This document shows positions 39,381-51,724 of a DNA stretch of 64,000 nucleotides, piece by piece. The stretch is from Octopus vulgaris (lineage: Eukaryota), in assembly GCA_951406725.2 (NCBI GenBank), contig OX597829.1:19096001-19160000 (forward strand). The letters run 5' to 3'. Position numbers and translations under genes: made by a program. The notes under the pieces are model-generated. The model searched no databases, was not told the origin of the DNA, and saw only the letters and a program-made list of their open reading frames with translations. How positions within the stretch are numbered: position 1 is the first letter of the stretch; every line of letters starts with the position of its first letter.

Positions 39381-39810
39381 AGGTGCAGGTGTGGCTGTGT
39401 GGTAAGAAGCTTGCTTCCCAACCACATGGTTCTGGGTTCAGTCCCACTGCATGGCACCTTGGGTAAGTGTCTTCTACTATAGCCTCGGGCAACCTTGTGA
39501 GTGGATTTGGTAGACAGAAACTGAAAGAAGCCCATCATATATATGTGTATATATATATATATATATATACTTCCTCCTCACCCTTTTATACTGTTTTATT
39601 CCTCCCCACCACTACTACGAAACTATAAAATGTTCAAATTACCCACAAGGAATTGATTTGAAAAGCCCACTCGATTGGGAGAAAGCGCTAATCCGAATGA
39701 TATGATCTGAATGATATGATATATATGTAAAAAATGTAATATATAAATAAATATCTATAAATATGAACCATCCGATCTGATTACCTCATTTTTTCTAATA
39801 TATATATATA

Positions 39811-39874
<64 letters not shown>

Positions 39875-40083
39875 ATGTTTGTGTCTGTGTTTGTTCCCTC
39901 AACATCGCTTGACAACCGATGCTGGTGAGTTTATGTTCCCATAACTTAGCGGTTTGGTAGAAGAGACCGATAGAATAAGTACTAGGCTTACAAAGAATAA
40001 GTCCTGGGGTCGATTTGCTCGACTAAAGGCGGTGCTCCAGCATCGCCACAGTCAAATGACTGAAACCAGTTAAGGAATGAAAG
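39381..40083 (+). mobile_element. SINE family A with a ~230-bp insertion in its TA core
   Basis: Head at 39381, tail at about 40080, foreign sequence at 39570-39800. Confidence 0.85.
39652..39698 (+). ncRNA. Minimal type I hammerhead motif, U3:A8 core variant
   Basis: Stem I gat/atc, TTGAAAA (39658-39664), stem II ccca/tggg with a G-A first position, GAAA, palindromic stem III AGCGCT, CUA triplet. Confidence 0.55.
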
Positions 40084-40689
40084 ACAATAAATACCAATAT
40101 ACCTACAATGTTGTGTAGAAATGACTTGAAAAGCTGTAGAATTACGTTGACTAAATGACTGAAATGAAGTTGTGAAGAATTATCTTCATTAATTCTTTAG
40201 CATTCAGATTATTATGTCAAATGTGATGCTTATTTATTCACACTTCAAAAATATTCCTTCTTTTCGCTGCTTTCATGGATTCCCATGACTCTCTGTCACC
40301 ATCCAATTCCATTATTATGAATTTGAATAAGGAGCTTGAGTCATAGTGAATCTTTCATCAGCTGATTATAAAACCATGGATGCCACTCCTATGGATGCAC
40401 TGCAGTTACTCTCTCTTGATAGAGTTTGGTGGCCCTGACCATTTGATATTCTAGGATTCCACTGCTTAACATCAATGTAAGGAGCACTGTGTTGACTCAG
40501 CTCAGCTCTTGCGCTCCCTCTTCATAATCCACCATGCTTCAGTCCATGACTTCATCATATCCCTGGCTGGGTAGCTGAACGGGTGCTATGTCTTGCCAAA
40601 GGGCAGCCTGTAACTATGCAGGATATGGTTGTCATCACTCCATGAAGTATTATAAAATACCCACATACCCAGGAAATTAAGCATCCGTT

Positions 40690-42090
40690 CTCACAAGCTA
40701 CAGATCTCAATGATATGATTGTTTATTTTTATAGTGACATTGTACAGTACGTGTGAAAGGCAGGACCTGGTCAGAAATATTTACAAAATACCTACATATC
40801 CATTAATTAAGCGTACATTATCTCACAGGCTACAGATCTCAATGATATGATTGTTTATTTTTATAGTGACATTGTACAGTACGTGTGAAAGGCAGGACCT
40901 GGTCAGAAATATTTACAAAATACCTACATATCCATTAATTAAGCGTACATTATCTCACAGGCTACAGATCTCAATGATATGATTATTTATTTTTATAGTG
41001 ACATTGTACAGTCCGTGTGAAAGGCAGGACCTGGTCAGAAATATTTACAAAATACCTACATATCCATTAATTAAGCGTACATTATCTCACAGGCTACAGA
41101 TCTCAATGATATGATTGTTTATTTTTATAGTGACATTGTACAGTACGTGTGAAAGGCAGGACCTGGTCAGAAATATTTACAAAATACCTACATATCCATT
41201 AATTAAGCGTACATTATCTCACAGGCTACAGATCTCAATGATATGATTGTTTATTTTTATAGTGACATTGTACAGTACGTGTGAAAGGCAGGACCTGGTC
41301 AGAAATATTTACAAAATACCTACATATCCATTAATTAAGCGTACATTATCTCACAGGCTACAGATCTCAATGATATGATTATTTATTTTTATAGTGACAT
41401 TGTACAGTCCGTGTGAAAGGCAGGACCTGGTCAGAAATATTTACAAAATACCTACATATCCATTAATTAAGCGTACATTATCTCACAGGCTCTCAATGAT
41501 ATGATTATTTATTTTTATAGTGACATTGTACAGGCGTGTGAAAGGCAGGACCTCAGAAATCAAAATGATATGGCTACAGATTCATTATGATTATTTATTT
41601 TTGTAGTGACATTGTACAGTACGTGTGAAAGGCAGGACCTGGTCAGAAATATTTACAAAATACCTACATATCCATTAATTAAGCGTACATTATCTCACAG
41701 GCTACAGATCTCAATGATATGATTATTTATTTTTATAGTGACATTGTACAGTACGTGTGAAAGGCAGGACCTGGTCAGAAATATTTACAAAATACCTACA
41801 TATCCATTAATTAAGCGTACATTATCTCACAGGCTACAGATCTCAATGATATGATTATTTATTTTTATATTGACATTGTACAGTACGTGTGAAAGGCAGG
41901 ACCTGGTCAGAAATATTTACAAAATACCTACATATCCATTAATTAAGCGTACATTATCTCACAGGCTACAGATCTCAATGATATGATTATTTATTTTTAT
42001 ATTGACATTGTACAGTACGTGTGAAAGGCAGGACCTGGTCAGAAATATTTACAAAATACCCACATATCCATTAAGCGTACATTATCTCAC
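40690..42090. repeat. 132-bp tandem array, about 10.5 copies
   Basis: gctacagatctcaatgatatg recurs at 40697, 40829, 40961, 41093, 41225, 41357, 41701, 41833 and 41965; one degenerate stretch at 41490-41600. Confidence 0.97.
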
Positions 42091-42116
42091 AATGAGCATT
42101 CATTGATAAATAATAT

Positions 42117-42692
42117 TAGTAATGTTCATAGCCACTTCAACATGGCTGTCCATTCGAACAGACTCTACTGTGATTTTTTAACCATGAGAGGACATCTCCT
42201 CTAGCTGGTTAACGATGCACAGCTGCATCCAATAAAATTGCTGTGCATCGTTAACCAGCTACAGATGTCCTCTTGGAGTTAAAAAAACTGCAGTAGAGTC
42301 TGCTTGAATGGACAACCATGTTAAGGTGGCTACAAATATTACTTGTTAGTACAACTACTGCGTTGATCTCTAAGAGAGATTTTAGAACTAGTATTTTTTG
42401 CTTGTTGTAAAATCAGCGACTGTGTGTTAACTTGAAATATATATATTGCGTGCAGAAGCAAGCTGCAATCATCTCTGGCAGACGAGGTGTCCAGTACTGA
42501 GGAGTGACAGGAATAGCCCAAAACTATTGGTCCTGTTGCTAGGAGATGGTAGGGGTTCGCTCCCCTGCTCGCAATTTCATTGGATGCAGGTGTGCATCGT
42601 TAACCAGCTAGAGATGTCCTCTTGGGGTTAAAAAATTGCAGTAGAGTCCACTTGAACAGACAGCCATGTTAAAGTTGCTATGAATATTACTA
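42117..42692. mobile_element. MITE with ~115-130-bp TIRs and a duplicated right arm
   Basis: Left arm 42117-42240 pairs with both 42240-42342 and 42578-42692. Confidence 0.8.
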
Positions 42693-43679
42693 AAAGCTAT
42701 CTACAAATGTATCGCCTGTTTTTACAGAGTGCAGATTTAATATTTAAATTTAAATCTTCCAGTACAAATTTATTCAAGAACATTTTGTTACATTCCAAAC
42801 AACAGATTAACAAAAAAAAATACAAAATGATTATCTTTTTTTATTAGATCCCTCTAAATCTTTGATTATTTTCAAAATTAATTGAAACACATAGGCTGAG
42901 TGTTTCATTAGAAATATGGTCACGGAAAAGTTAGAACATTTTCATAAAAGATTTTTTTCTTTTTTTTGCAAGTTCCTTGGCCAAAATCTCTTTGCATTCA
43001 ACAGAGTTGATCCAAAATTATTGATTATGTCCCCCTTGTACTATCTTTCTCTAGCACCATCACCACCACTGTCACCACCACCACCACCAACACCAACACC
43101 ACTAACACCACCACCACCACCACTCCCTGACATACACAACTGGGAATGTTTCCAGTTAACTGTAATAGATGTTTGTAGAGATAATAACAAAGAACAACAA
43201 GAACAACAATAATAAAATTAATAACGCTTTCAAATTTTGGCACAAGACCAGCAATTTTTGAGGGGGAGGGAGAAGTCAACTATATCAACCCCAGTACTTT
43301 ACTGGTACTTATTTTATCCAACCTGAAAGGATGAAAGGCAAATTTGGCACTGTTTATCTTGATATGTGATTACCATATCACGCACATACAGTTGTGATGC
43401 ATGTACCTTGTGTGCCCTTATCAGACAGGTATGTCATGATGGGTATACTGGGCTTTGTATATTTTATCCCCATCTCACTTTGATAGCATGTGCTGCTCTC
43501 TCACTCAAGAAGAAGAACAACAACAACAACATCATCAATCCTTTCTACTAAAAGCACAAGGCCCGAAATTCAAAGAGAGGTGGCTAATCGATTACATCAA
43601 CCTCAGAGCTCCACTGATACTTATTTTATCGACCCTGAAAGGTTAAATACCATTAAGCATTTCACCTGATATGTTAAAC

Positions 43680-43725
<46 letters not shown>

Positions 43726-43728
<3 letters not shown>

Positions 43729-43774
43729 CAAGAGCACTTAGAGAGCGCAAACCTCCATCAACAACACCACCATC

Positions 43775-43808
<34 letters not shown>

Positions 43809-44012
43809 CAAATGAACAACAACAACAACAACAACAACTGAAAAAAAAAACAGGAAAAATAATCAACAACCCAAAGTCTCATCAGTTTGTGCCAAGAGGC
43901 CAAACATCCCTGAAGAAAATCCATCCAGCGGTTCTTGAGATATCTTGTCCACAGACAAACAAAAATACAAATACAACAGAAAACAATACCTCCGCCTTTG
44001 CTAAAGCAGAGG
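43726..44012 (+). mobile_element. Possible non-autonomous Helentron/HINE-like element
   Basis: Starts aacaagagc, internal (AAC)n, ends with hairpin acctccgcttt-like/aaagcagaggt; no TSD seen. Confidence 0.45.
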
Positions 44013-44032
44013 TGGTGGTGGTGGTGGTAGTA

Positions 44033-44081
<49 letters not shown>

Positions 44082-44991
44082 AACAACAACAACAACAACA
44101 AGGACTACTTAGAGGAAAGTACTACAGATGCAGTTGGATATGGCAGAAGAAAAATTGTAGTTTTTGAGAAAATTACCAACTAGATTCTAAAGGTGATTTC
44201 TGCCTTCTTCTGCAATACATTTACCAACTGATAATTATGCAGTTAATAAGGTAGTGTGCTGCTGGATTTGTTAGCACACCAGGCAATATGCTCAGTGGCA
44301 TTTCCTCTGTCTTTATGTTCTGAGTTGAAATCCCACTGAGGTCAACTTTATTTTTTATCCTTTTGGGGGTTCGATAAACTAAGTACCAGTCATGCACTAG
44401 GGTTGATGTAATCGACTCACCCTCTTCTCTGAAATTGCTGGCCTTGAGCCAAAATTTGAATGCAATAATTTATGCAGTTAATCATTGGTCTTCTACTTTA
44501 AATCTTTTTTGTTACCAAGGTAGCCCTTCACCAAGTTCCTTGAATTCAAGGTTATATCTATACTAAGTACAGCCTCTGACATATGCCTGTCTGTTTCTTC
44601 TCTCACACAAGTTATATAATTCCAAGCTTAACTAGCAGCTTCTTTGATGTGTGTTTATATACATCAAAGGGTAAAATTAATTTATATTCCTTACCTCATT
44701 CATTACACCAGCTATCAAAATTGTCAAGGCATGTGGATTAAGAACCTGAGAGGAAAATTTTGCTGAGATTTTATTATCAGAGTTGAAAGGGTAGCACTCA
44801 TAATCTTTGTTGGAGTCCTAAATCTGGAAGGGATGGCACTGGACAAAAAAAAAAAAAGCTACAGGTACTTGGAAGCAATGTCAAGACAGTAAATTGAAAT
44901 ATTTATCTGTCCACGAAACCAGAGAGAGACTTGGCTTGAATGCTTATCACATTGTGGATTCTGCAAAATATACTGAAGTGCCCGGTAGTAA

Positions 44992-46002
44992 TTAACCCTT
45001 TAAGCATTCAGATCACTCTGTCAAAAGTAATGCTCATTTATTTACATTCTTTTGAATCAATCATGTATTATCTCATAGCTTCGAGATTCCAGCGGTGTGA
45101 TTACTTGTTTTTAGAATGGCATTGTAGGGTAGGTGTGAGAGGCTGGATCTGGCCATTTTGAACGTAAAACAGGTAGAATACTTGGGTCACATGACTGGTT
45201 TAGATTATTCTGCCAAATGTAATGATTATTTATCTACATTGTTTTGAGTTAATCATCCACTATCTCATAGCTCCAAGATTTCAATGACATGATTGCTTAT
45301 TTTTACAAGGGCATTGTAGGGTAGGTGCAACAGGCCAGATCTGACTCATTTAACCCTTTAGCATTCAGATTACTCTGTCAAATGTAAAGTTTATTTATTC
45401 ACATTGCTTTGAATTAATCATACATTATCTCGTGGCTCTGAGATTTCAATGAGGTGATTGTTTATTTTTAGAATGACATTGTAGGATAGGTACGAGAGGC
45501 CAGATTTAGCTGTTTTGAACATAGAACAGATAGAATATTTGGGCTGGATATGTCTGGTTTAAACTCTAAAGAGATATATTTATGTGTTTAGTCCCTTATC
45601 ATTCAGATCACTGCCAAATATAATGCTTATTTATTCACATTGTTTTGAATCAGCCATGCATTATCTCATAGCTTTGAGATTTCACTGATGTGATTGTTTA
45701 GTTTTAGAATGACATTGTTGGGTAGGTGTGAAAGATTGGATCTGGCTACATTGAACATAAAACAAGTAGAATGGACCAGATATGGTTGTTTTAAGCCTTT
45801 AGCATTCAGATTGCTCTGTCAAATGTAATGCTTATTTATTCACATTGTTTTGAATTAATCATGTATTATCTCATAGCTTCGAGATTCCAATGGTGTGATT
45901 GCTTATTTTTAGAATGACATTGTAGGGTAGATGTGAGAGGTTGGATCTAGTTAAACAGGTAGAACGGGCCTCATGTGGCCAGTTTGAATGCTATAGGGTT
46001 AA
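44992..46002. mobile_element. Head-to-tail array of 4-5 piggyBac-like MITE units
   Basis: Unit starts (ccctttagcattcagat) near 44996, 45354, 45593 and 45795; ends gctatagggttaa. Confidence 0.8.
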
Positions 46003-46007
46003 GTTAC

Positions 46008-46111
46008 CTAATACCAAGTAGTGGATTAAGCCAACCATCAAAGAACAGGTACAACATTGGACTTCTGAATGAGCTTTTGTGCCTACCTAGTGGCACAGTC
46101 TGATGGATGAG
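46008..46111 (-). CDS. Candidate exon on minus strand, unidentified
   Basis: ctaac branch point plus gtcttctttcag acceptor. Donors gtaggc (25-nt exon) or gtaact (104-nt exon, LIHQTVPLGRHKSSFRSPMLYLFFDGWLNPLLGIR). Confidence 0.3.
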
Positions 46112-46209
46112 CTGAAAGAAGACTATTATACAGTTAGAGACATTTACTTGTCTAAAGGTGTCACACGGAAGGGTCAGATGTGAAGCGACTTGGTTACAAA
46201 GTATTAAGA

Positions 46210-46210
46210 A

Positions 46211-46244
<34 letters not shown>

Positions 46245-46685
46245 CCTAAAACAACACTGCCATCAATGGAAGGCCTCATTGTTGCTATGACCATTTCCAC
46301 AACCACGAGTACCACCACCAATAACAACCATCACCAGAGGACATCATCATCATCATCATTACCACAGCTGTCATTGTTATTGCCACTCTTTCCACCACTG
46401 CCCACTGTTGCTACTACCACCAACCACCACTGCCGTCACTACCACCACCATCACTGCCGTCGCTGCCACCACCAACACCATCGTTGCAGCCACCACCACC
46501 ACCACCATCACTGCCATCGCCACTGCCACCAACACCTCGCTGCAGCTACCACCATCACAGCTACCACCACCACCACCACCACTACCGCCATTGCTGCCAC
46601 CACCAACACCATCACTACATCCACCACCATCACAGCTACCACTACAACCACCACCACTGCCACTGCCGCTACCACTGCCACCACT
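46210..46685. repeat. CAT/CAC/CCA low-complexity tract
   Basis: Directly visible. Confidence 0.9.
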
Positions 46686-47339
46686 TTATCTGATAGGTGA
46701 CTCATTCAAATGAGAGAGGGAGAGACAAAGAGAGAGAGAGAAAGAGAAATAGAGAGAGAGGATGATGATGGGAGGGAATAAAATAGCTAACTACATTTAT
46801 TTATTTTTTCGCCTTCAGACAAAAGACAGTTTTGTATTTAAGGGAAAGACCAAATTATGGTTCCAGGAATTGGTGAAAAATGTATGATTTGTAACTGGAT
46901 GATAGAGAACGGTTACCGTTTTAGAAGCAGGATTGATGATACTTTTCCGAACAGTACACCAGGAAAGGAAACACAGGAATGATAAATAGAAGAATGGTTT
47001 ATTAGCAGAAGCAAAACATTTCAATGGAATGGAAGCAGGTTGTCATAGAAATAGTGAAATGAGCCAGGTGAAGACAAAATTTATGAGTGTTTCAAGAACT
47101 ATTGAACTCAACTGACTCAGATCTTAAATCTCAGATCAAACATTAATACATAGATAAATAAATAAGCAAATAAATAAATAAATGGACCTCAGTCAGTTTC
47201 AGTGATGATTATTCAGTCATTCAATCATTTGCTCAAGACACACTTAGCTATCCCTTCTTTACCTTAAATTTCTCAATTGGTATAAAATCACCCTCTCAGT
47301 AGCGCGATTTCGTCATGCAAAGTACCTGGTGACCCTGTT

Positions 47340-49162
47340 TGTGATGGTGCCACATAAAAAGCATTAGTGCTGGTGTCACATAAAAAGCACTGGTGACGGT
47401 GTCACATAAAAAGCACTGGTGATGGTGTCACATAAAAAGCACTGGTGATAGTGCCACATAAAAAGCATTAGTGATGGTGTCACATTAAAAAGCATTAGTG
47501 CTGGTGTCACATAAAAAGCATTAGTGATGGTGCCACATAAAAAGCACTGGTGATGGTGTCACATAAAAAGCATTGGTGATGGTGTCACATAAAAAGCATT
47601 AGTGCTGGTGTCACATAAAAAGCATTAGTGATGGTGTCACATAAAAAGCATTAGTGATGGTGCCACATAAAAAGCACTGGTGATGGTGTCACATAAAAAG
47701 CATTGGTGATGGTGTCACATAAAAAGCACTGGTGATGGTGTCACATAAAAAGCATTAGTGATGGTGCCACATAAAAAGCATTAGTGATGGTGCCACATAA
47801 AAAGCACTGGTGATGGTGTCACATAAAAAGCACTGGTGATGGTGTCACATAAAAAGCACTGGTGATGGTGTCACATAAAAAGCATTGGTGATGGTGTCAC
47901 ATAAAAAGCACTGGTGATGGTGTCACATAAAAAGCACTGGTGATGGTGCCACATAAAAAGCACTGGTGATGGTGCCACATAAAAAGCATTAGTGCTGGTG
48001 TCACATTAAAAACACTGGTGATGGTGCCACATAAAAAGCACTGGTGATGGTGTCACATAAAAAGCACTGGTGATGGTGCCACATAAAAAGCACTGGTGAT
48101 GGTGTCACATAAAAAGCACTGGTGATGGTGCCACATAAAAAGCATTAGTGCTGCTGTCACATAAAAAGCACTGGTGCTAGTGTCACATAGAAAATACTGG
48201 TGCTGGTGTCACATAAAAAGCACTGGTGATGGTGCCACATAAAAAGCATTAGTGCTGGTGTCACATAAAAAGCACTGGTGACGGTGTCACATAAAAAGTA
48301 CTGGTGCTGGTGTCACATAAAAAGCACTGGTGCTGGTGTCACATAAAAAGCATTAGTGCTGGTGTCACATAAAAAGCACTGGTGATGGTGTCACATAAAA
48401 AGCACTGGTGATGGTGTCACATAAAAAGCACTGGTGATGGTGTCACATAAAATGCACTGGTGCTAGTGTCACATAAAAAGCACTGGTGATGGTGCCACAT
48501 AAAAAGCATTAGTGCTGGTGTCACATAAAAAGCACTGGTGACGGTGTCACATAAAAAGTACTGGTGCTGGTGTCACATAAAAAGCACTGGTGCTAGTGTC
48601 ACATAAAAAGCACTGGTGCTAGTGTCACATAAAATGCACTGGTGATGGTGTCACATAAAAAGCACTGGTGATGGTGTCACATAAAAAGCACTGGTGATGG
48701 TGTCACATAAAATGCACTGGTGCTAGTGTCACATAAAATGCACTGGTGCTAGTGTCACATAAAAAGCACTGGTGCTAGTGTCACATAAAAAGCACTGGTG
48801 CTAGTGTCACATAAAAAGCACTGGTGATGGTGTCACATAAAATGCACTGGTGCTAGTGTCACATAAAAAGCACTGGTGATGGTGTCACATAAAATGCACT
48901 GGTGCTAGTGTCACATAAAAAGCATTAGTGCTGGTGTCACATAAAAAGCACTGGTGACGGTGTCACATAAAAAGCACTGGTGATGGTGTCACATAAAAAG
49001 CATTAGTGCTGGTGTCACATAAAAAGCACTGGTGCTAGTGTCACATAAAAAGCACTGGTGCTAGTGTCACATAAAAAGCACTGGTGATGGTGTCACATAA
49101 AAAGCACTGGTGATGGTGTCACATAAAAAGCACTGGTGCTAGTGTCACATAAAAAGTACTGG
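47340..49162. repeat. 26-bp minisatellite, about 70 copies
   Basis: Unit ggtgatggtgtcacataaaaagcact with variants (gct/gat, ctg/tta, gcc/gtc). Confidence 0.98.
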
Positions 49163-49585
49163 CGGCATATTCACGTGTATGCTTGTCTGTGTGTGTGTGA
49201 GTGGCATGTTCACGTGTATGCTTGTGTGTGTGTGGCATGTTCATATGTATGCGTGTGTGTGCATGTGAATGGCATGTTCACATGTATGCTTGTGTCTGTG
49301 CGTATGTGTGGGGGTGTGTGAATGGCATGTTCACGTGTATGCTTGTGTATGTGTGTATATGTGTGTAAGTGGCATGTTCGTGTGCTTGTGTGTGTGAGTG
49401 GTATGTTCACGTGTATGCTTGTGCATGTGTGTGTGTGTGTGTGTGAATGACATGTTAACATGTATGCTTCTGTGTGTGTGTATGAGTGTGCATAGCATGT
49501 TCACGTATATGCTTGTGCATGTGTGTGTGTGTGTATGTGTGGTATGTACACATGTATGCTTGAGTGTGTGTGCGTGTGTGTATGT
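49163..49585. repeat. Compound repeat of ggcatgttcacgtgtatgcttg plus (TG)n
   Basis: About ten diverged units. Confidence 0.85.
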
Positions 49586-49594
49586 CTTGAGTGA

Positions 49595-50077
49595 AGGCCC
49601 ATTGCTTAGTGGTTAGGGCATTCGGCTCATAAATGTGAAGTTGTGAGTTCGATTCTTGGTAGCCTGACACGTCGCTAATGGGGTGCACTGGAGGGTGCTG
49701 CCCCACTCAGTATTGAATGGTGTGCCCTCAGATTTAAAAAATGCAGTCTACAAAAATTAGTGCCCATCCAGAATATTCTGAGGCACCCACAGGCACTAAA
49801 GTTTGGTGACAGGCCTGCTGGCACTGCGTTGTGTCCTTGAGCAAGACCCTTTATTTCACGTTGCTCCAGTCCACTCAACTAGCAAAAATGATTCGTACCT
49901 GTAATTCAAAGGGCCAGCCTTGTTACATCCTGTGCCATGCTGAATCTCCATGAGAACTATGTTAAGGGCACACGTGTCTGTGGAGTACTCAGCCACTTAC
50001 ACGTTAACTTCATTAGCAGGCTGTTCCATTGATTGGATCAGCTTGAACCCTTGTGGTCATAACCGACGGGGTGCCAG
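49595..50077 (+). mobile_element. SINE family C interrupted by a ~160-bp insertion (49660-49817)
   Basis: Head gcttagtggttag..gagttcgattc resumes at gcgttgtgtccttgagcaag; the insert has short inverted ends gcctgacac / gtgacaggc. Confidence 0.75.
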
Positions 50078-50098
50078 TTATAAGTGTATCTTCTTTTA

Positions 50099-50330
50099 GG
50101 CGGCGAGCTGGCAGACACGTTAGCGCGCCGGGCGAAATGCTTAGCGGTATTTCGTTTGTCATTACGTTCTGAGTTCAAATTCCGCCGAGGTCGACTTTGC
50201 CTTTCATCCTTTCGGGGTCGATAAATTGAGTACCAGTTTCGCACTGGGGTCGATGTAATTGACTTAATCCGTTTGTCTGTCCTTGTTTGTCCCCCTCTGT
50301 GTTTAGCCCCTTGTGGGTAGTAAAGAAATA
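50099..50330 (+). mobile_element. Young SINE family B with 18-bp TSD
   Basis: tataagtgtatcttcttt at 50079-50096 and 50331-50348; CpGs intact. Confidence 0.95.
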
Positions 50331-50458
50331 TATAAGTGTATCTTCTTTGTCTTGGCATCGCGTGATAGTCGTGAAATGATTGCCGCCTTTATTTATGCAA
50401 GCACTGTCATTTATTTCCAACTTTCCTTGGAAATATGTTCTGTCATGGAAAAACATTA

Positions 50459-50840
50459 GGATCTTTACCTTTTGTCCTACAGATTTAAAAAATAATTTTT
50501 TGGTAACTAATCACTTTCAAACTTTGGACACTGGTAGAATGCGTCATATAAAACATGTTTTACTCTTAGCATTTTTGAGAAAAACTTATATTTACGAAGT
50601 TATTTCATGTTAAAGTTCTCGTATTTCAGTAATTTCAGCTGAATACACATCATTGTTTGATTGAAATTACCGAAATACGAGGACTTTAACGTGAAATAAC
50701 TTCGTAAATATAAGTTTTTCTCAAAAATGCTAAGAGTAAAAGATGTTTTATATGACACATTCTACCAGTGTCCGAAGTTTGAAAGTGTTTAGTTACCAAA
50801 AAATCATTTTTTAAATCTGTAGGTCAAAAGGTAAAGATCC
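50459..50840. mobile_element. Foldback MITE with ~180-bp TIRs, GGATCTTT ends and 8-bp TSD (Merlin/MULE-like)
   Basis: Perfect TSD aaacatta on both sides; nearly the whole element is palindromic. Confidence 0.92.
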
Positions 50841-50966
50841 AAACATTACTTTGATTAGAAACAAGTGAAAGTTGGTGACAGGAAAGGTATCTGAAAATAG
50901 AGAAATCTGTCTCGTATAATTTCATCCGACCCATGCAAATACAGAAAAGAGGACATTAAAGCAATA

Positions 50967-51006
<40 letters not shown>

Positions 51007-51666
51007 CGGTGGTGGTGGTGGTGGTGGTGGTGGTTAGTCCGAAAGAATGGCAGACTTTTAAAAAAACGCTTAAGTCGATTTGATCGATCAAAACCCTTCA
51101 AAGTAGTACTCCAGCATGGCCACATATCAGTGAATAAAACTAACAAAAGAGTAACAGATATAAAAGAATACACTTCATGAGCGTAGCCAGGATTGCAACT
51201 TGGTACGGTCTCAATTATTTAAAATGGATTTCACCCATTAGCTTTCTTATTTGCAAAAACAACTGTTAAAAAATTAAAAGAAACGGAAAATAATTTTATT
51301 TGCATGGAGTTATAAGAGCTGGTGGTGGTGGTGGTGGTGGTTGTGGTGGTGGTGGGAGGTTGTAATTTAAACTTGTTGAACCATTGCCAAGTAGATTCGG
51401 GCGCGATGCAACTATGCATTTTTGAAATCACTTGAACGTGGTAAACACGGCAGACGAACCCTCTTCGTCATACACACTAGCATACCGTCAAACCAGGATT
51501 GACGAAAGCAAGTCAAAGTCTTAACAACGTAAGCAGTAATAGTTACAACCGCCATCAACAACTTGCAGCGGCAACGATGACGTCCACGTCCACGACGACG
51601 ACGACGACATTGATTATCACGCCAACATTTCATAACGGTTTGATAATTATATTGCTTTTGCACGTT

Positions 51667-51724
<58 letters not shown>

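Noticed and set aside
40690-42090. 132-bp array as a coding repeat or CRISPR
   Set aside because: No ORF of 60 aa or more in the track, no spacers, and it aligns by eye to a MITE interior.
46158-46700. 180-aa S/T/H-rich ORF
   Set aside because: Compound trinucleotide tract that is open in several frames; no splice or domain support.
47340-49162. CRISPR-like appearance of the 26-bp array
   Set aside because: Units are contiguous with no unique spacers, there are no cas genes, and the context is eukaryotic.
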